NCBI GenBank assembly: GCA_002633005.1
Contig: NMRA01000045.1
Location: forward strand, 167,456-231,455
Length of the DNA: 64,000 nucleotides
Source of the DNA: Phoronis australis
Lineage: Eukaryota; Animalia; Phoronida
Reading direction: 5' to 3'
The first letter of the stretch is position 1. Each line of letters begins with the position of its first letter. The translations under genes and the position numbers were made by a program. Shown in pieces: positions 25,825-38,356 of the stretch. A model generated the notes under the pieces. It did no database searches. It saw only the letters and a program-made list of their open reading frames with translations, and was not told the DNA's origin.

Positions 25825-26208
25825 TTTTGGTGCAAGGTCTCGTTCTCGATCGCCTTCCAGGCGTTCTCGATCGCGGGTTGGCCGGGGTGTATCGGAGGCC
25901 AGTGACATTTGACTTTCTCGGCTGTTGAAACACGTTACGTTCAGACACAGCCTTACTCGTAAACCCACATTGCCCGGCATATACCTTTAGAGATTAAGCC
26001 TGAAAGCCCAGTAGGCCTACTTTGTTAATAGTTTGTAACTTCTTATAAACTGCATATTTTAGACAGCTGCCACTTACTACGGCGACCATATAAAGTGGTG
26101 GTGCGCCACCAAAACTAAAAAATAAACTTAAAAATCCAATTAAATTCAGTTAAATAGGGAAACATTTTTGGTGTTGTGTTGAGTGAGCATTATTTGGGCT
26201 TTTAAGCC

Positions 26209-26270
26209 AATGGATTTCAACAAGTTCATTCAAAACTTAAAAGTTTTGAATGAACTTGTTGAAATCCATT
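26209..26270. repeat. Perfect 30-bp inverted repeat with 2-nt spacer
   Basis: AATGGATTTCAACAAGTTCATTCAAAACTT-AA-AAGTTTTGAATGAACTTGTTGAAATCCATT. Confidence 0.95.
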
Positions 26271-28068
26271 TTAATAAGTTTTTAACTAAATTGAAGCGGA
26301 AAATATCTTTAATTAGTCAAACACTGGAAACATCAAGCTTTTCAAGGTTAATTTCACTCAAAATTAAATGATAAGCTTATTTTGTAAAACAGGAAAGGAA
26401 AGCAATCCCACCTGTATGCCAACCCACGTAACCACGAAGATTTCTCCCACTCAACCCTGTCGACAATCCTCCCCCGCGATTTTATTTCCACATGGTCTTC
26501 CCAGAGAGGTTACCCCTTCAAATGTGCATAGTCTTTTCGCCTTTTTTTCTCACATACACTCAGAAGATTAAAAATCTAAATACTCTATAATTTTTGTGTA
26601 TATCAACTGAGTTAACGTTTTAGGAGTAATTGTAAATTAGTCTTTTAGATACGAAGGTGCCAGAAAAATAAATCAAATTTGAATCAATGATTAAGGATTG
26701 GTAATCGGAATGACAGTGAGTGCTTTTTACCCAACTCTCCACCGACCGGGAAATGGTCGGGCCAGCGGGTGGTGACCTGTGCATGGAATTTTTAGAACTT
26801 TTTTGAATTTTTTGAACTCATAAAAGCTCTTGTTGCGCAGCCTGCGGCGGAGTAAAATGTTACCGATTTTAAACGGTGACAATTTTTTCGTTTGTGCATG
26901 CTACCCTATACCGTGCCACTGTTGTATGGGATTTGTTAACGCTGTATTTCGCAGTGTTCTTCATATGACCAACGAAAATCGATTCAGACTGCCTGTTTCA
27001 GTTTACCGGCTGGAACTTGAACAAAATCCATAACGTAGAATTGCCGTGAGGACTTGACAGGGGCCTCAGGGGTCTCACACTCCACTGATTTATCCACATT
27101 ATTTTGAAAATGCTTTGCCCAGTCACACATTGTGTGTCATAAAAGATATAAGCATACCTGCACCTGACGAAGCAAGTAGAAGTACTCTCGTTTATCACTT
27201 TGGAGTAGACTCACAGTCTAACTGTATTTTTCTGTTGACCCCAGACCGTCCGGAGTTGCACCATCGATGATACCAACTCCGGACGGCGGGTCTCTCACGG
27301 CGACGACTTTAGCGTTATGGGTCTCCTGTAACTAGTGGAGCCAGTTCTGGCTTTACCTATTTAAGAATTGAGCTAGGTAGCTCAGTGACGAATGCGTTCA
27401 TGCGTCATTTTCGAATTCGCAATTTAAGGGATGACCATGCAATTCGAGTAAAATCTGAATCCTTTTCTCGTCAGTGGTACTTTCGAAGTTCTTGTTCATG
27501 GGTAACGGAAATTATTACTCTCCGACGAGGTAGCCTAGGAGGTTATGACTGTTTTTGAGTAAAATTTTGTTTTAGCTAGCTAACATGGCACAATGCATCT
27601 TTAAGGACTTGGAAAGTTACCTTAGACCATGGTCCGTAGCTCGCGGGAGACTAGATTAACATCATGGGCAAGTGGGTGTGGCCTGTCGAACGACTGAACA
27701 GTATTTCCAAGTTAGTGCAGAAAAGTTACACTGAATTACTGAGACGAATAAGCTACTTAAAATGTTGGTTCAAAACCCTAAAATTTATGTGTGTAGCCTC
27801 GTAGTGTCCAGATAGATGATTGTGTGGCCACGGAACTATTGTGGGTATTGTAGTCTGACCTTATCACCTTGCCGTTATCCGGGAACACATTTGATACTGG
27901 CGTTATTGCCTTTGCGCACAGGAGGCTTTTGGCTATTGCGAACTGCCTCTGCCTTTAATAACTACTACTCTAGATATATTTAAATGATTTTGGACTCGTG
28001 TTGAAGACCAATAATGATGCCGGTGGGTCATTAGGTATGTTGAAGTTATATTTCTTACTATTTTCCAG

Positions 28069-28140
28069 ATGATCTGGTTGTGTATGTATAGCCAGCCAGC
28101 AAGCTGTATGAATGAAGACTATCGACCGTCAAAATACTAA
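28069..28140 (+). other. Possible 5' UTR exon of the zinc-finger gene
   Basis: Pyrimidine tract + CAG acceptor ending 28068 and GTAAGG donor at 28141; no transcript evidence. Confidence 0.3.
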
Positions 28141-30945
28141 GTAAGGTACCACTGTGTGTATTTCTTCCGTAGACCCCGAAATTGCACACAGCCAGGGTAG
28201 TTCTGCTCGTCAACTCTCTGTTAAACCTGTATCAGCATGTAAAGCTAAAAACCGGACGGGGTGCATGCAAAATCTGGGAATCCACCGACACTCACCTTTA
28301 CAACCGTTTAAGTGAAAAACAATGCAACAAATGTCATTTTCTTGCGTTATTCTCGACCTTTTGTAACAATGAAAAGTATGATGTCATTTTAAAAACAGTA
28401 TGCTCGTGTCACGCGCTATTTCCTAAATTTTTGCAAAAACTTCGCAGCAGCAAAATCTGTTCTGAAATTTGTTTTTTCGGTATCGAAATTCTAAGAACTT
28501 GTAATGAAGTGAAACCAGTTCCGATAATTTGTTGTGACGTGTACGCAACCTCGTGAAAGAACAACAGTTGATTGGAAAATCGGTGAAAAAAGAAACTGGC
28601 CAATAGGTAACACCAGGCGCCGAAAGCCAAAGCAGATCACTCCACAACTGTAGCAGCAGAATAACGGTAGAACGCTTTTTTCCGACACCGTAGATTAATT
28701 TAGTTTACTCAAGGAAGACTGCAGTATTTAATGGCACTAATTTTGTGTCATATTTTATCTTACCACTTTTTTACCCTCATCGGCGCAAAGCTGTATATTT
28801 AGTATACAGCTTTGTACCAAGGCTAGTGTATGTAGTGAAAAACCACATAATCCAAGTTTCGAAACTGGTACCTCTTGCTTCAAAGTTCAACCTGGTTTCC
28901 AGTCCCGGAGTCACTGAAATTTTCTACATCGGCGCCCAACTAAGGAAAAATCCACAATTAACCCTGAGATGTAAATATTTGTTCCCAGTGGCGGATGGGG
29001 AGGGGGCGACCTGTAGTGGTGGATTCAGACCACATAGAGAGCGTCACTGACTGCAAATTGCAGGACTCAGGGAAGTGTTGCTGAGAGCAAATTCCAGGAC
29101 GCTAGGGTGTTGCTGAGATCTAAAAGGCGGGAAGTGCGGTTTTTCCGCAGAAGGGGGAGTAGTGTTGTGAAACGTTCATGACTTCCGGTTGTAACGACAC
29201 ATACAGCCAGATAAAACCTCTCTAAGTTGGTTGCCAAGTGGCAACTGCCTCTTGGCCCAATGGTTTAGACACTTGGCCGCCACTCGTGCAACCTGGGGTC
29301 AAGTCTTGGAGTCACTGAAATTGTCTACATCTATAAGACAGTCATTGAATTGAAACGGCTGATTAAGAAAATTGAACTTGAAGTATCTGTGTTCGAGCAA
29401 CCTAAATATTATTGGACGTTTTGGCACATTTTGCATTATATTTAATTGGAAATGCTACGCTTTGTTGTAAATTCTTTACTGAAATAAAGACTTTACCTGT
29501 TACTATATCTTGTCACTGCAAGCCATATTTGTGTTCAGACTGATCTTTAAAAGTGACAATTAATAAATCCTCAGAGAACCTAAATATTGGGCATCATGTT
29601 TCCGCATATGCCACTCTGTGGAAATTTGACTAACCATTTTATGACCACGGGCACCTTGACACCTAATTGCAGCTTGTGTTTTGATATATTTGTTGTTATA
29701 ACACAGCTCAATAAAATATCCATAAAATATAATCTGATGTCAGCACTGAGTTGTTTCGATGAATAAGTGCAGACGGCTAAATCCTGTGCCACCTCACTGC
29801 AGTTTTTAGTATCTCAGTTGCCTTCTTGATATGACATGCATGTGTGTGGCCGGGGTTTGACTTGAGTTTAAAGACAACGAAACATGAAACAGTGATGTAT
29901 TGTCAGTTCATTGAGATAATTTCATCGTGGAAAAAGATTTTGTTTTCAATTTTTATAACCAAATTATGTGATCATCCATTTTAGGCCCACTTGAGGAACT
30001 AAATTGCACCCTCTCTCGGTGAAATCAAAAGGAGGCAATGCTTTAAGAAATGAGACAGTGCCAGACTTTGAATCCGTTACAAAAATTGATGTCATTTATT
30101 TCTCAGGTTATGCTTCAGGTAATATCTTATAAAAGTTCCGATATTTAGATCTGTCTGATATTTAGGTACACTATGTGTATTGTAAAATTGGAAACTAGTT
30201 ACTTACGGCACTGGTCAGATATAGCAGTTCCTGATTTTGAGAACCAGTTTCATCCACTAAATAACAGTGATTGCTTGGTTTTCAAAATGAGATATCGCAT
30301 ATCCGACCAGTGCCCACTCGGTACACTCTCCTTGCCTGTGATAGCTGTTTATATGAAAGCCAATCTGTCATTGTGAACTGTACACAACCTTGTGGAATAA
30401 GAACAGTTGAGTGGAAAATCAGTGAAAAAATGGCCAATAAAAAGTGCACTTTTTCATGATGCTTAATATTTTCCCCTCTGCGCTTTGAAATATCTTACTG
30501 AAGCACCTAATCTTGTCATCGCACAGTACATTGTGAATAAAGTACTGTCTGTTTGATTCAATCAGGCACCAACATGATTATGAATGAAGATTGCCATGTC
30601 AATGAGCTTGCATAATCTATGAATGGACTTAAAAGTTTGGTATCGTGGATAAATCACTGCTTGCAACATTTTGTGTGCTTCCTCAAGGCCCATTTCTATA
30701 GTGTGGCTCTATATAACAACAGATTCAGTCGTATATGAGAATTCTTTGCTGTTGTACAATTTTGAGGGACTTCTGTCATATTGCCTTTATGCTAGGAGGA
30801 CTTCACATCTATAACTGTTTGGCCTAAGTGTGTTGGTTAGAACTATTCATTGCTTTATGTTCAGGACTGCTTTTGAAATCGTATCATCCACGTGAACTGT
30901 GTACAACCATTATTGTGAGTGTGAACTTTTGTTTCAGGTTTTGTC

Positions 30946-32064
30946 ATGGACAAGGATTACTGTAAGTTGGAACTAGAACTAAAGCATGTGGCTGACCAGA
31001 GTTGCAAAGATTCAGCTGTGCCTAGGTTCAATGAACACCGTGTAGGCAAAAGTATGGAATGTGATAGGGTTGACAATGATGGCAATGCAACAGAGCTGAG
31101 TGGAGATGGGTGTTATATAAAACAAGAAGTGATTGAAGACGTGGGTGATCATGAGGGAGTTGGGTATCTAGCAGCTCACAATTTATTTGTACCCGCAGAG
31201 TTCAAGTTGGAGTGTGACGATTACAGTGGTGCTGAAAACAATGCTGTCGCTTGTACATCAAATGAATCACTGACAGTGATGCGTGCTGGAGTCAACACAT
31301 TCAAGGACGTTGTTTGTGGACTGTCATTTGATGAAGGCAGTGCTGTTCTGAACCACACTGGAGCTCATTCCGTTGAGCAATCCTGCAGAGATTCTTATAT
31401 GGAAAGCCAGAAACTTGCTAGGATCAGAGTAACGCACACTGGTGATAGACGGTATAAGTGTAGTGTGTGCGGGATGTCATTTAAATACAGCAATCAGCTT
31501 ACGCTGCACACTAGAACACACACCGGAGAGAAGCCATACATGTGTAGTGTGTGCGGAAAAGCATTTAAGCAAAGGGGGGAGCTTAATATGCACACAAGAA
31601 CGCATACTGGAGAGAGGCCATACAAGTGCAGTGCATGTGGAAAAGCATTTAAACAAAGTTCATATCTTACTGTACATACAAAAATACACACTGGCGAGAA
31701 ACCTTATGAGTGTGGTGTGTGCGGAAAGTATTTCAATCTAAGGTCCTATTTGAATAAGCACACACGAACACATACCGGAGAGACACCACACAAGTGTGGT
31801 GTGTGTGGAAAGTGTTTTAAGCAAAGTTCTTATCTTTCTGTGCACGCAAAAATACACAATGGAGAGAGACCATACAAGTGTAGTGTGTGCGGAAAGTCTT
31901 TCAAACGAAGTTCATATCTTACTTTGCACACAAAAATACACACCGGCGAGAGACCATATGAGTGTGGTGTTTGTGGAAAGTCATTTAATCTAAGGTCTTA
32001 TTGTATCAAGCACACAAAAATACATTCTGCCAAGATATCATACATGGTCCAAGGTATACCTTGA
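30946..32064 (+). CDS. C2H2 (Kruppel-type) zinc-finger protein, 372 aa, 7 intact fingers
   Basis: Seven CxxC...HxxxH fingers with HTGE(K/R)PY-type linkers, two degenerate fingers upstream, acidic N-terminus with IKQE motif; acceptor TTTGTTTCAG ends 8 nt before the ATG. Confidence 0.95.
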   Translation: MDKDYCKLELELKHVADQSCKDSAVPRFNEHRVGKSMECDRVDNDGNATELSGDGCYIKQEVIEDVGDHEGVGYLAAHNLFVPAEFKLECDDYSGAENNAVACTSNESLTVMRAGVNTFKDVVCGLSFDEGSAVLNHTGAHSVEQSCRDSYMESQKLARIRVTHTGDRRYKCSVCGMSFKYSNQLTLHTRTHTGEKPYMCSVCGKAFKQRGELNMHTRTHTGERPYKCSACGKAFKQSSYLTVHTKIHTGEKPYECGVCGKYFNLRSYLNKHTRTHTGETPHKCGVCGKCFKQSSYLSVHAKIHNGERPYKCSVCGKSFKRSSYLTLHTKIHTGERPYECGVCGKSFNLRSYCIKHTKIHSAKISYMVQGIP

Positions 32065-33551
32065 CCTCAAAAGCTCCGTCGCCAGTTATTCAGTCAGACA
32101 ATCAAGTCGCGCATCCCAAACTTAGGTCGCTCTGTTTTTGAAATAGCTTGCTTTTCAGGGCTCAAAAGTCCAATTCCACATTGGTATAGCCATCAAACTT
32201 GCTGCAGGGCTCTGAACTTAGCATAACGTCAAATTGCCAAATTCGACCTGGTCCCGAAATCTTGAATGCAATGGTGTGAATTTCTTGGCCTTCACAGATG
32301 ATTGCCAGTGCCAGTTTAAGAAACTAGTGGGTTTGACCTGAGGCATAGTTGGTAGTGTTAGAAAATGAATAAATGAATAGAACTGGACATCTGAATTGAA
32401 AAAGAGGCACATCTTGAATTTTGCCAAAGTGCAAGGGTCTAATGTCCGCAACAACGCCCAAAAATGCCACAGTGGCGTTTTTTGTAGTGGAACTGGCATT
32501 ACTGGTAATTTACAGGTTGTGGTGTGGTCAGCCTCTGGCTATTTTTGCCAAATTAAACCAATTCTGACTCCCGTCTGTTTGTTTGTAGTTGAGGTTTGAT
32601 TGTGTGACGTTCGTATGAACTGAGAGTTTCAGATGTACTGATTTCATGAAATAAACATATGAACCAAAGGTATTGTGTTTTGGAAAAAAATATTAATGTT
32701 TATTTTGGAAGTTACAGAATACAAATTTTGGAAAGATTTACAAGTGAGTTCTTGCGACTCTGTTACCTTTCACGAAGATCCAGCGGCATAACAAGTTGGT
32801 CCACCTCTGCCTCATATGGAAAAATAGGCCATTCAAACAGCTTCATGGGCATCCCATGCCCGTCTGGAACTTTGGAACCGAGTGAGTGTCGGTTTTTAAT
32901 ACCGAGAAAAGATGAAATGCTTTCGAAAAATGAATTTGTGGCTCAGAGTGAAAGTCCGTTCGTGACTGTTCTTGATAAGCGCCATTTCCATCAACTCGAT
33001 TACACTGAGAACCCGCTTAGGATAAAGTGTCGTCGATTCATACGTGATAAACATTTAATAACAAAATTATTTCAAATGATGCTTCAAAAATGTTTGTGAA
33101 AAACGGAGAACATCTCAAACAGGGAAAACTGCAAATACCAGAGACTCGTACACCACCACGATTTAACTCCTAATTTGATACTAAGAGACCTACTTGTTTA
33201 TGGTCCGTAGCGTTTGCGCGCGAAACCTACTTCTTTTTGTAATGCTTACTACACTTTTTATATTCTGTGTAATCGGTTCGTAACAACTTTGTTGTATTTA
33301 AAATAGTCTATAATTGCCCAAAAGACCAAATCCGTTTTTCGTGCTGACAATAATGACGGGATTGCTTTGGAAATCGTCTTAAGTTAAAGGAGAATGCCAC
33401 CCGATTTAATTAGTCTTTTTTACAGTCTTAATCGGTCTATATCCACATCGCCTCTTATACGGTCGACCTCACCTTGCCGAGAGGTGTCGCTTTAACCTGT
33501 GAGGAAGGTGCGAAATGACGCAGCGACGTCAGTGGTTCGTCTGCAGAGTGA

Positions 33552-33790
33552 ATGCCGTTATATTGCGGTGCATCGTTCTCGCTTCGAAGAAAGCGAGTAT
33601 ATCTTTTTTTCGACTTCCTCGAGAGCCCGAAATGCGTAGGAAGTGGCTCGCGGTAGTGAAGAATGAAAGGTACGCTGTTAATAGCAAGTATGAGGCCGTT
33701 AAACATCTCCGTGTCTGTGGCCGGCATTTCGTCGACAGTTATTTCTCTGACGAATTCCGGCTTACCAAAGAACTATCCATACGTTCCGTT
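33552..33790 (+). pseudogene. THAP domain of the Kolobok transposase (frameshifted)
   Basis: MPLYCGAS then a frameshift into SFFRLPREPEMRRKWLAVV...LRVCGRHFVDSYF (C, P, W, C-x-x-HF signature). Confidence 0.8.
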
Positions 33791-34705
33791 GCCTGTGCAT
33801 GTTCACGGCGACTCTCTAATATTTCTTGATCAGTGTATTCCGCCGGGTTCGAACTGATAGCAAGGAGTGTACGAGTATAGGAGAGTTCACTCCGCCATTT
33901 TACCATTCGCCGCAATGGTTACCGGTCGAAACACTAGCGCTCCAAGCGGTGAATAATCAATACTTACTTAGGAGCGCAGTCCGAACAATGTAAACACTGA
34001 TGAATTCATACTTTAATGACGTTCAACGTGCAATAAAATTACTGTGTGATTGAAAATGGTTAGAATACGTAAACTAACATCCACTTATAATCGAATGAGA
34101 ATGAAAATGTGTATTTTAATCAATATTAAAGTGTATTTGTTTTTATTCTTTTGAAGCTCCCTTCAAAATCTATCACGGTTTTGTTTCATGTTTGAGTTCT
34201 TAACAAGGCAAATTATCTTTCCTTATAACAGTTCATACCTCCATGGACAATAAAATTTGAATGATTGCTCCTGGGGGTTCAGAGGGTAATTTCCCACAGG
34301 TGACAGCTAAGGGGGTACAAGGCAAAAACCATGTGGGCGCCAAATGGGTGTTGACCATCTCCCAGGGGGGTTACATGGGAGGAGTGCTAAACAGGTAAAA
34401 ACCAATGGGGTATGCCACATGGGTGTTGAGCCATTCCCATTGTCATAAATTTTGGTTGCTCCCCTGACCATTGACAAACATGTTGCTCCCAGCTCACTGC
34501 TGGTTTCACCTCCACCCAATTTCGCATGTGTTCCTTATTCAATGCACCAGGATACTAACAATGTGAATAATTGTTTGGTGTAGTGGGTGTTACACATGTA
34601 AGAAGAAGAAAGCAATTCATCACTACCACAAAATCGTAATATAATTTTAGAACATCCCATTATTTCTTGGACATTCCAGCATAGGGTAAACTCGATTGCA
34701 CTCTC

Positions 34706-34895
34706 CCACGCGCGCACCCAGGGGGCTCGGGGGGCTTGAACGAGACAAAAAGTCCGAGAAAATGGGACAAAAGTCCACTAAAGAAACGGAAACGCGCAAT
34801 TCACAGTGGTGGTCCCCTTTTTTTTTTTTTTAGTCCGCCCACTCACTTGTTAGCAAAAGGTCTACATCGTCGGGAATTCGAGCCCCCCCCACATT
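34706..34895 (+). mobile_element. Short MITE-like repeat nested in the P-like element (related to 41251-41483)
   Basis: Shares AAAATGGGACAAAAGTCCACTAAA, poly-T, TTAGTCCGCCC, TTAGCAAAAGGTC and GGAATTCGA..CCCCC with the 41.3 kb copy. Confidence 0.7.
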
Positions 34896-35599
34896 GAGTA
34901 TATCCCCACCATAACCAGTCCAAGCTCAAAATGTCATGACAAAAAAGTTAAGAGGTGCTGAACAGCAATCAAAATATTCACTAGCCACACAACTTCATAC
35001 AAAACTGAATTAAAAAGACTTTTAATGGATGATAAAACTAAAATTTTTATTTTCTATACCCACTGTTCATATTATCAATAACAGTAAATATTTCAGGTAA
35101 GCTAAAGCTAGACCACAAGATCATATTTGTTACTTAGCCACAACTGGAGCTTAAATTAATCACAATCTCCAAAAACGTACAAAATAGGCAACACATACAC
35201 CAATACAACAAGAAAATCTAACCAACCTTCTCACTCTCTATTCACTAGAAAACAACAGCTCTTTTTGCCAACGAAATGCGTTGAAGCTGATAACTAATTT
35301 ACTCACAGAGGTGTTTCAGTGTCATTGAGAAGCAAAATGATATGGATAGCTTGGGTTTAACAAAATGTCAGCCCACCATTCAGACTCTAAAAGACCCATC
35401 AGTTTCACTTTGGCTCTCTTCAAATCACAGGCTAACCATTCATAAAATGTTTCAATCTGATCAACCTTAGTAAAATACGAAAACCAGATTTTGACTAATT
35501 GTCCTTTCTACACGTGATGTTCCAGTACTTGCTTTGTGAGACGATAATCAGAAATGCAAAAAGCCTATTCCACAGCTGTAACATAATTTCCGTAGAACT

Positions 35600-36459
35600 T
35601 TTTGACGTCTTCATTTTTGGTGGACTGGGGACATCAAATACTGCTCGGGCACTGCATTCAATACCAGCTTGTTCTTCATTCATCAACATGGACTCCTCGA
35701 AGTGATGAGAGCATAAGTTGCAGTTCTTGGACAAGTAGGATGCACTCTATTCATAAGGTCGGCTCCCAGTGCTTGCACCTGAACAGAAATCAATGAGAGA
35801 CTCAGGAACAAACCTCATACTCACCAGGTTCACAGAGACTGGTAGCCTACACTAAACTACACTACAGAAGTCCTGTCGTACTGTGATTGTGATAGAGACA
35901 AAAGCGTCTTGGTGTCAACTAAAAAAACTAGGACTCAAATGTCGATCCACGGATATTTTAAGGGCTGCACAACTTTTCACCGAGACCCACAGATTCTCTG
36001 ACTTGACTAATGAAAGACTTAAAAGGCCCTGTGGCCTGTGGCTGTGATTGTGCCATGGCCGTGTCACCACGATTCATATTCACCCATGGCCATGGGAATG
36101 TTTTCCTAAAATTATCCCTGCGATCGTTAGAGTGACATTTTGATTTGGAATACATGGACTGCAAGTATCCAAAAAGCTGACGATCACATCGTACGTTAAT
36201 CATAGTCCTCTTCCGCCGGCTGCCCAGTAGGTCTAGCCTACACTGCAGACAACAGACAGTGCCGGGCACCGGGACTGCGATCGACTTGTCTAACAACCGT
36301 GAACAGAACACACAAAATGAAAGACAATGTATCATATTATTGAATAACAGATAATCCTTACCTTTCTGGATCCTTAGGAAACCTACAAAATGACACGTGT
36401 GGGGTTTTCATGGATCAATTCATGCAATTTATCGCACTGCAAAATGCGTCCGTCCCCAT
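35600..36459 (-). pseudogene. Intron-containing THAP domain relic of the P-like transposase
   Basis: Exon 36459-36362 MGTDAFCSAINCMN*SMKTPHVSFCRFPKDPE(R) with GTAAGG donor; exon from 35778 after TTTCTGTTCAG continues in phase RCKHW, then NCNLCSHHFEESMLMN...AVFDVPSPP. In-frame stop and frameshift. Confidence 0.8.
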
Positions 36460-37383
36460 TGTTTTGGCGCTTCCTGGTTGACCGTAGCTTGTTCACCACT
36501 TGGCGGCGCTAGTAGTAGCGGTAACAGCGAACTCACAAGTGAACTCTCCTATACTACTACACTCCTTGCTGAGAGCCTGTGACACGTAACGATCCCGGCG
36601 ACACGTGAAGTCTTCGTCGGATGAGCTCTTGACTAAGTCGGGATTGGCGCCGGGCGAGTTGCCATGTAGACGTTTATTATTCTGCGTTGATTAGTCCCAT
36701 CCTAACCAATGCTCAGTTATATGAAACAAAGTCTGTCTCATTACATACAATTTGTAATGCTTTGGAGTGCTCGTGAGTGCAAAATGTTTTGAGAAGCCAG
36801 CAATGAATATTGAATACTGAACCACTGCGTTACCGGCTTTTGACGCCGGCAACAAAGGTAATTAATTGACCGGGCACAGATGCCGTGTGAGCGCATGCTA
36901 ATTCAGTGTTAGCTGACAGAGCTGTTGTGACACAATTACTCGATTTTATATGCTGTAGTCACATGTTAGGGGAATCTTTATTTAGAAATACAAATACATT
37001 ATTCAAATCATTGTTACTGTACAACCTTTGCCCTGACGGTGTGTGGAAGGGGAACCCAAATTCGCGGGACCCGAGTAGATTTTCAGTTTCGTGGCTAATT
37101 CACATATATAATTACGTGCACATTATTTCTTTGGCTCACTATTATTTCGTAATTGGAGGTTTAGTTTCCAACTCAACTTGGTTTATGTTCGTGCCAGTCC
37201 CGGCCGCGACGCCGGGCCCAGTGATCTCCCGGGGTTCCGAGCCACTGCTGGTCGGGATAACAAGTGTTTTGTGTGTTTAGAACTCAAAAAATTACAAGTA
37301 TAAACAACACAGATCTACTGGGTTCTCCTGTCTGTATTTCACGGCAGAATACTTCGAATTTATCTCCGAACAGACCCCAAACT

Positions 37384-37546
37384 CAGTGCTGTAGTGGTAA
37401 AATTAGATGTGTAATTAAGTAGGCGCCCAAAGGCCCACTGCATCACCATGAGCACTGAACGTAACTTGCGGTGCGTAGGCGCTACGTTCAAATGCCCAAA
37501 GGTGGTTGGCTGCGCCTACGTGCGCCTACGCCCCACTACAGCACTG
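37384..37546. mobile_element. 163-bp hAT-type MITE nested in the Kolobok
   Basis: Perfect TIRs CAGTGCTGTAGTGG / CCACTACAGCACTG and perfect 8-bp TSD CCCAAACT (37376-37383, 37547-37554). Confidence 0.92.
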
Positions 37547-38356
37547 CCCAAACTCCTGCTACGGACCTTGGTAAATCGGCCTGCCGAACTGTACGCTACG
37601 GTGTGGCCAAATACCAATAAATCGTAACAGCGAAACAAAACAACACGTTTTTATAAGAACTCGGTGTATTTTTAAGGGTTTTACATCGAAGTTTGATGAT
37701 TTATTGGTGCTAAACTATGAATTCAAGCGATAAGCTGACACCACTAACCCGTGTTGTGAACTGCTGGACAGACTGCGTGTGAAACCAAACACGTCATTGG
37801 ATAATTTCAACACCTCCGTCTGCCGTCAGGTGTCAGGTAACGCAACAGAACGTGCCGTTATCGACTAAAACTACTCTATCTAAATTGATACAAAATAGGT
37901 TGTTTTTTTAGGTGGCATTCTCCTTTAAGGCTTGACAAAGAGAGAATTATGAGTTTCTGAGTGATTTACTAAGGCTTCGATTAAAATTCACATCTTACCA
38001 GCAGCTTCTGTTTTTTTCATTGTCACTCAGGTGCCATTTTCTTTAAAAAATGAAGTAATTTTCTTCTCTGCATAGTGGAGCAGACGACGGAAATGGAGTC
38101 GTAGTGCGTAGCGCCACTGCCGGTCGCCTGGGATATCGCGAGAGAGCCTATACTTAGCCATAGTTCCGTTACGATTGCGCTCTTGCTGTTTTACTTTTTG
38201 CGGCAGCCAAGGNGGGGGGGGGGGCCCCCTGGGTCCCCCCTTAATCCGCCTATGAATTAGTCGTTTATATGACCTCTCTGATTCATTTCCTTGTTTGTTA
38301 TTATTACAGCCTAAGTTAATTGATATTACAAATTAATAACTTTGCTAATTAGTTAA

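Larger units (their letters stand above)
33861..36568 (-). mobile_element. P-superfamily-like DNA transposon nested in the Kolobok
   Basis: ~30-bp TIRs CAAGGAGTGTACGAGTATAGGAGAGTTCAC / reverse complement CAAGGAGTGTAGTAGTATAGGAGAGTTCAC; 7-bp TSD CTGATAG / CTGAGAG (1 mismatch); spliced THAP relic inside. Confidence 0.78.
33388..37924 (+). mobile_element. Kolobok-type DNA transposon (non-autonomous) with THAP relic
   Basis: Perfect 14-bp TIRs AGGAGAATGCCACC (33388-33401) / GGTGGCATTCTCCT (37911-37924), TTAA TSD on both sides, empty site visible at ~38837-38840, THAP domain just inside the left end. Confidence 0.88.
33098..38254. mobile_element. hAT-like MITE copy A, split by the Kolobok insertion (pieces 33098-33387 and 37925-38254)
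   Basis: Both pieces are colinear with the uninterrupted copy at 38525-39323; right end TAATCCGCCTATG. Confidence 0.7.

Noticed and set aside
27160-27200. CTGACGA (and CTGATGA near 43369) as hammerhead ribozyme cores
   Set aside because: No correctly placed GAAA or supporting stems.
28860-29330. Two tRNA-like fragments ending GGAGTCACTGAAATT(T/G)TCTACATC
   Set aside because: Cannot fold a cloverleaf; likely SINE or repeat remnants, too degenerate to classify.
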